Shown piece after piece: positions 62,456 through 64,000 of a stretch of DNA of 64,000 nucleotides (its first letter is position 1; every line of letters starts with the position of its first letter). Under the pieces are notes generated by a model. The model saw only the letters and a list, made by a program, of their open reading frames with translations. It was not told the origin of the DNA and searched no databases. The position numbers and the translations under genes were made by a program. Origin of the DNA: Vicinamibacteria bacterium (GTDB lineage: Bacteria > Acidobacteriota > Vicinamibacteria > Marinacidobacterales > Marinacidobacteraceae); contig OZ241322.1 in assembly GCA_965199715.1 (NCBI GenBank), forward strand, positions 1,600,001 through 1,664,000, in the 5' to 3' direction.

Positions 62456-64000
62456 CAGTAGTAGCGGTCGCGCCCCTCGCCGCTGCCGAAGGCGAAGCTG
62501 GTGATCCCCCCGAGCGTGATCCCGAACTGGAACAGGTTCTCCTGCCGCGAGACGAGGTTGTAGCGGATCCACTCGGCGCTGACCCCGCAGCACTGGAACA
62601 GGAAGTCGAGCCGCGTGCGCAGGTTCGACATGCGTCTCTCGCTGACGTCGTAGTTGACCCGGACGCTCGTGCGCAGCGCCTCGGTGGGATAGAAGTCGGC
62701 CCCGGTCCGCAGGTAGCTCGTGACGTCCGCCTCGTCGTCCGGTTCGCTCCCGAGGCGCCGCGCCCGCCTCGACCAGCTCGCGTCGAAACTCCGGTTCGAC
62801 AGCCGGTCGCCGAACCGCACGCCGGCGCGGATCGAGGTGAACAGGCTCTCCTCGGGATCCCACTCCATGGTCCAGTCGCCGTTCAGGATCGGGTCGGGAG
62901 TGAACCGGAAGTCGGACCGGATCGGCGACTTGCGAACCTCGCCCTCCTCCAGCGAGGACGAGCTGTACCCGCCGGCGTAGCTTCCGGCGGCCGGATCGAA
63001 GAAGAACGACTGGTGGACCCGCCAGGTGGCGAGGTCGGTCGCGCTCGACTCCTCGACGCCGTCGCGGTACCGCTTCGCGAGCAGCCGGTTCGCGATCCCG
63101 ACCTGGATCTCGTTGGTCGTCGGGAACCGGTCGTAGCGGTCGAAACGGTTCACCTCGTCGAAGTTGTCGTCGCTGGTGCGCAAGCTCCACCGTGCCTCCG
63201 GCTCGATCAGGTGCTTGAGCCGCGCCGCGTAGAAATTGTCCGGGGTTTCGAAGATGCGCTCGAACTTGGGGCCGCCCATCTGGAACCCGACCCCCTGATA
63301 GCGGCGGCTCAGCGTCCGCCCGGCGACGAAGTCCCGCGTGTCCGGATCGCGCGATCCGGAGTACCGGGCGTACCCGGCCTCGACCTCGCCGCTCAGGTCG
63401 AGGAACGGGATCTCCGGCAACGCCAACTGGAGCGTCGGCCCCACGAACACCCGGTCCCACTCCTCGAAGTCGTCCGACCGGGACTTCCCGACCCGCACGT
63501 AGTCCAGCTCGTAGCCGAGCTGGACGTAGCGTCCGATCACGTCGAGGCTGCGCCGCTTGATCCTGAACTGCGGCATCGTCTGCCGGATCGTGCTGCGGGT
63601 CGGATACTGGGTCTCCTTGCGGTCCACCTTGACCTGCAGGTTGTGCCGGAACACGGTGCCCCCGAGGTCGGCCTTGATCCGCTTGTAGCGCCGGGTGGAG
63701 CGCGAGAACGAGTTCTGGAAGCGGTTGCCGAAGTCGAAACTCGAGAACTGCTCGCCGAGCGCGCTCAGCCGGAACCGGCCGGGGAGCCGGCGCCGCACGT
63801 TGTAATTGAGCGAGTACTCGCGCTCGCCGGTGGTCTTGTCGTTGATGAGGAACCCCTCCGCGTCGGCGGACGAACCGGCGCCGCCCTGGTAGCGGTACTC
63901 GACGCCGAGCCCGGTTCCGGCGACGGTGAAGTGGTCGAGGCTCGCGGTCAGGTCCATGGACCGGTTGATCGCCCAGAAGAACCCTTGACTGATGAGGTGC
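62455..64000 (-). CDS. lptD: LPS-assembly protein LptD, C-terminal part (5' end outside the window)
   Basis: GFFWAINRSMDLT, KHLIEP, beta-barrel pattern, C-terminal QCCG. Confidence 0.8.
   Translation of the reverse strand, partial: HLISQGFFWAINRSMDLTASLDHFTVAGTGLGVEYRYQGGAGSSADAEGFLINDKTTGEREYSLNYNVRRRLPGRFRLSALGEQFSSFDFGNRFQNSFSRSTRRYKRIKADLGGTVFRHNLQVKVDRKETQYPTRSTIRQTMPQFRIKRRSLDVIGRYVQLGYELDYVRVGKSRSDDFEEWDRVFVGPTLQLALPEIPFLDLSGEVEAGYARYSGSRDPDTRDFVAGRTLSRRYQGVGFQMGGPKFERIFETPDNFYAARLKHLIEPEARWSLRTSDDNFDEVNRFDRYDRFPTTNEIQVGIANRLLAKRYRDGVEESSATDLATWRVHQSFFFDPAAGSYAGGYSSSSLEEGEVRKSPIRSDFRFTPDPILNGDWTMEWDPEESLFTSIRAGVRFGDRLSNRSFDASWSRRARRLGSEPDDEADVTSYLRTGADFYPTEALRTSVRVNYDVSERRMSNLRTRLDFLFQCCGVSAEWIRYNLVSRQENLFQFGITLGGITSFAFGSGEGRDRYY

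Overview
High-GC (roughly 70%), densely packed core-genome window from a diderm bacterium. Gene content and protein style suggest Acidobacteriota (inference). It holds a TPR/FG-GAP/ASPIC-UnbV protein, an ABC-F ATPase, rnhA, a PhzF-family protein, an amidase, a group-2-like sigma70 factor, and a run of acyl-CoA carboxylase subunits with tamB-tamA-surA-like genes. It also holds fsa, hslVU, an ECF-like sigma, glycerate kinase, a VPS10/BNR protein, tRNA-Met, tRNA-Leu, a liv-type ABC transporter, futalosine menaquinone genes (mqnP-ubiX-mqnE-mqnA-mqnC), tilS-ftsH-cdaA-cdaR-lepB, yggS-dinG-glyA and lptD-DUF92-UbiA. The only accessory part is a small methyltransferase islet next to tRNA-Leu, where a 1218-bp IS5 element splits an MTase/Mrr-like fusion gene. 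Signals the ORF track misses: (1) an AhpD-like gene with an in-frame UGA in a CxxU motif, followed by a SECIS-like hairpin (probable selenoprotein); (2) sigma54-type promoters before the sigma factor gene and a Spy/ZraP-like gene; (3) many leaderless or near-leaderless promoter layouts; (4) probable CTG starts for hslU and tamA; (5) a DUF92 + UbiA prenyltransferase pair coupled to lptD. All calls come from reading motifs by eye; no database searches were run.
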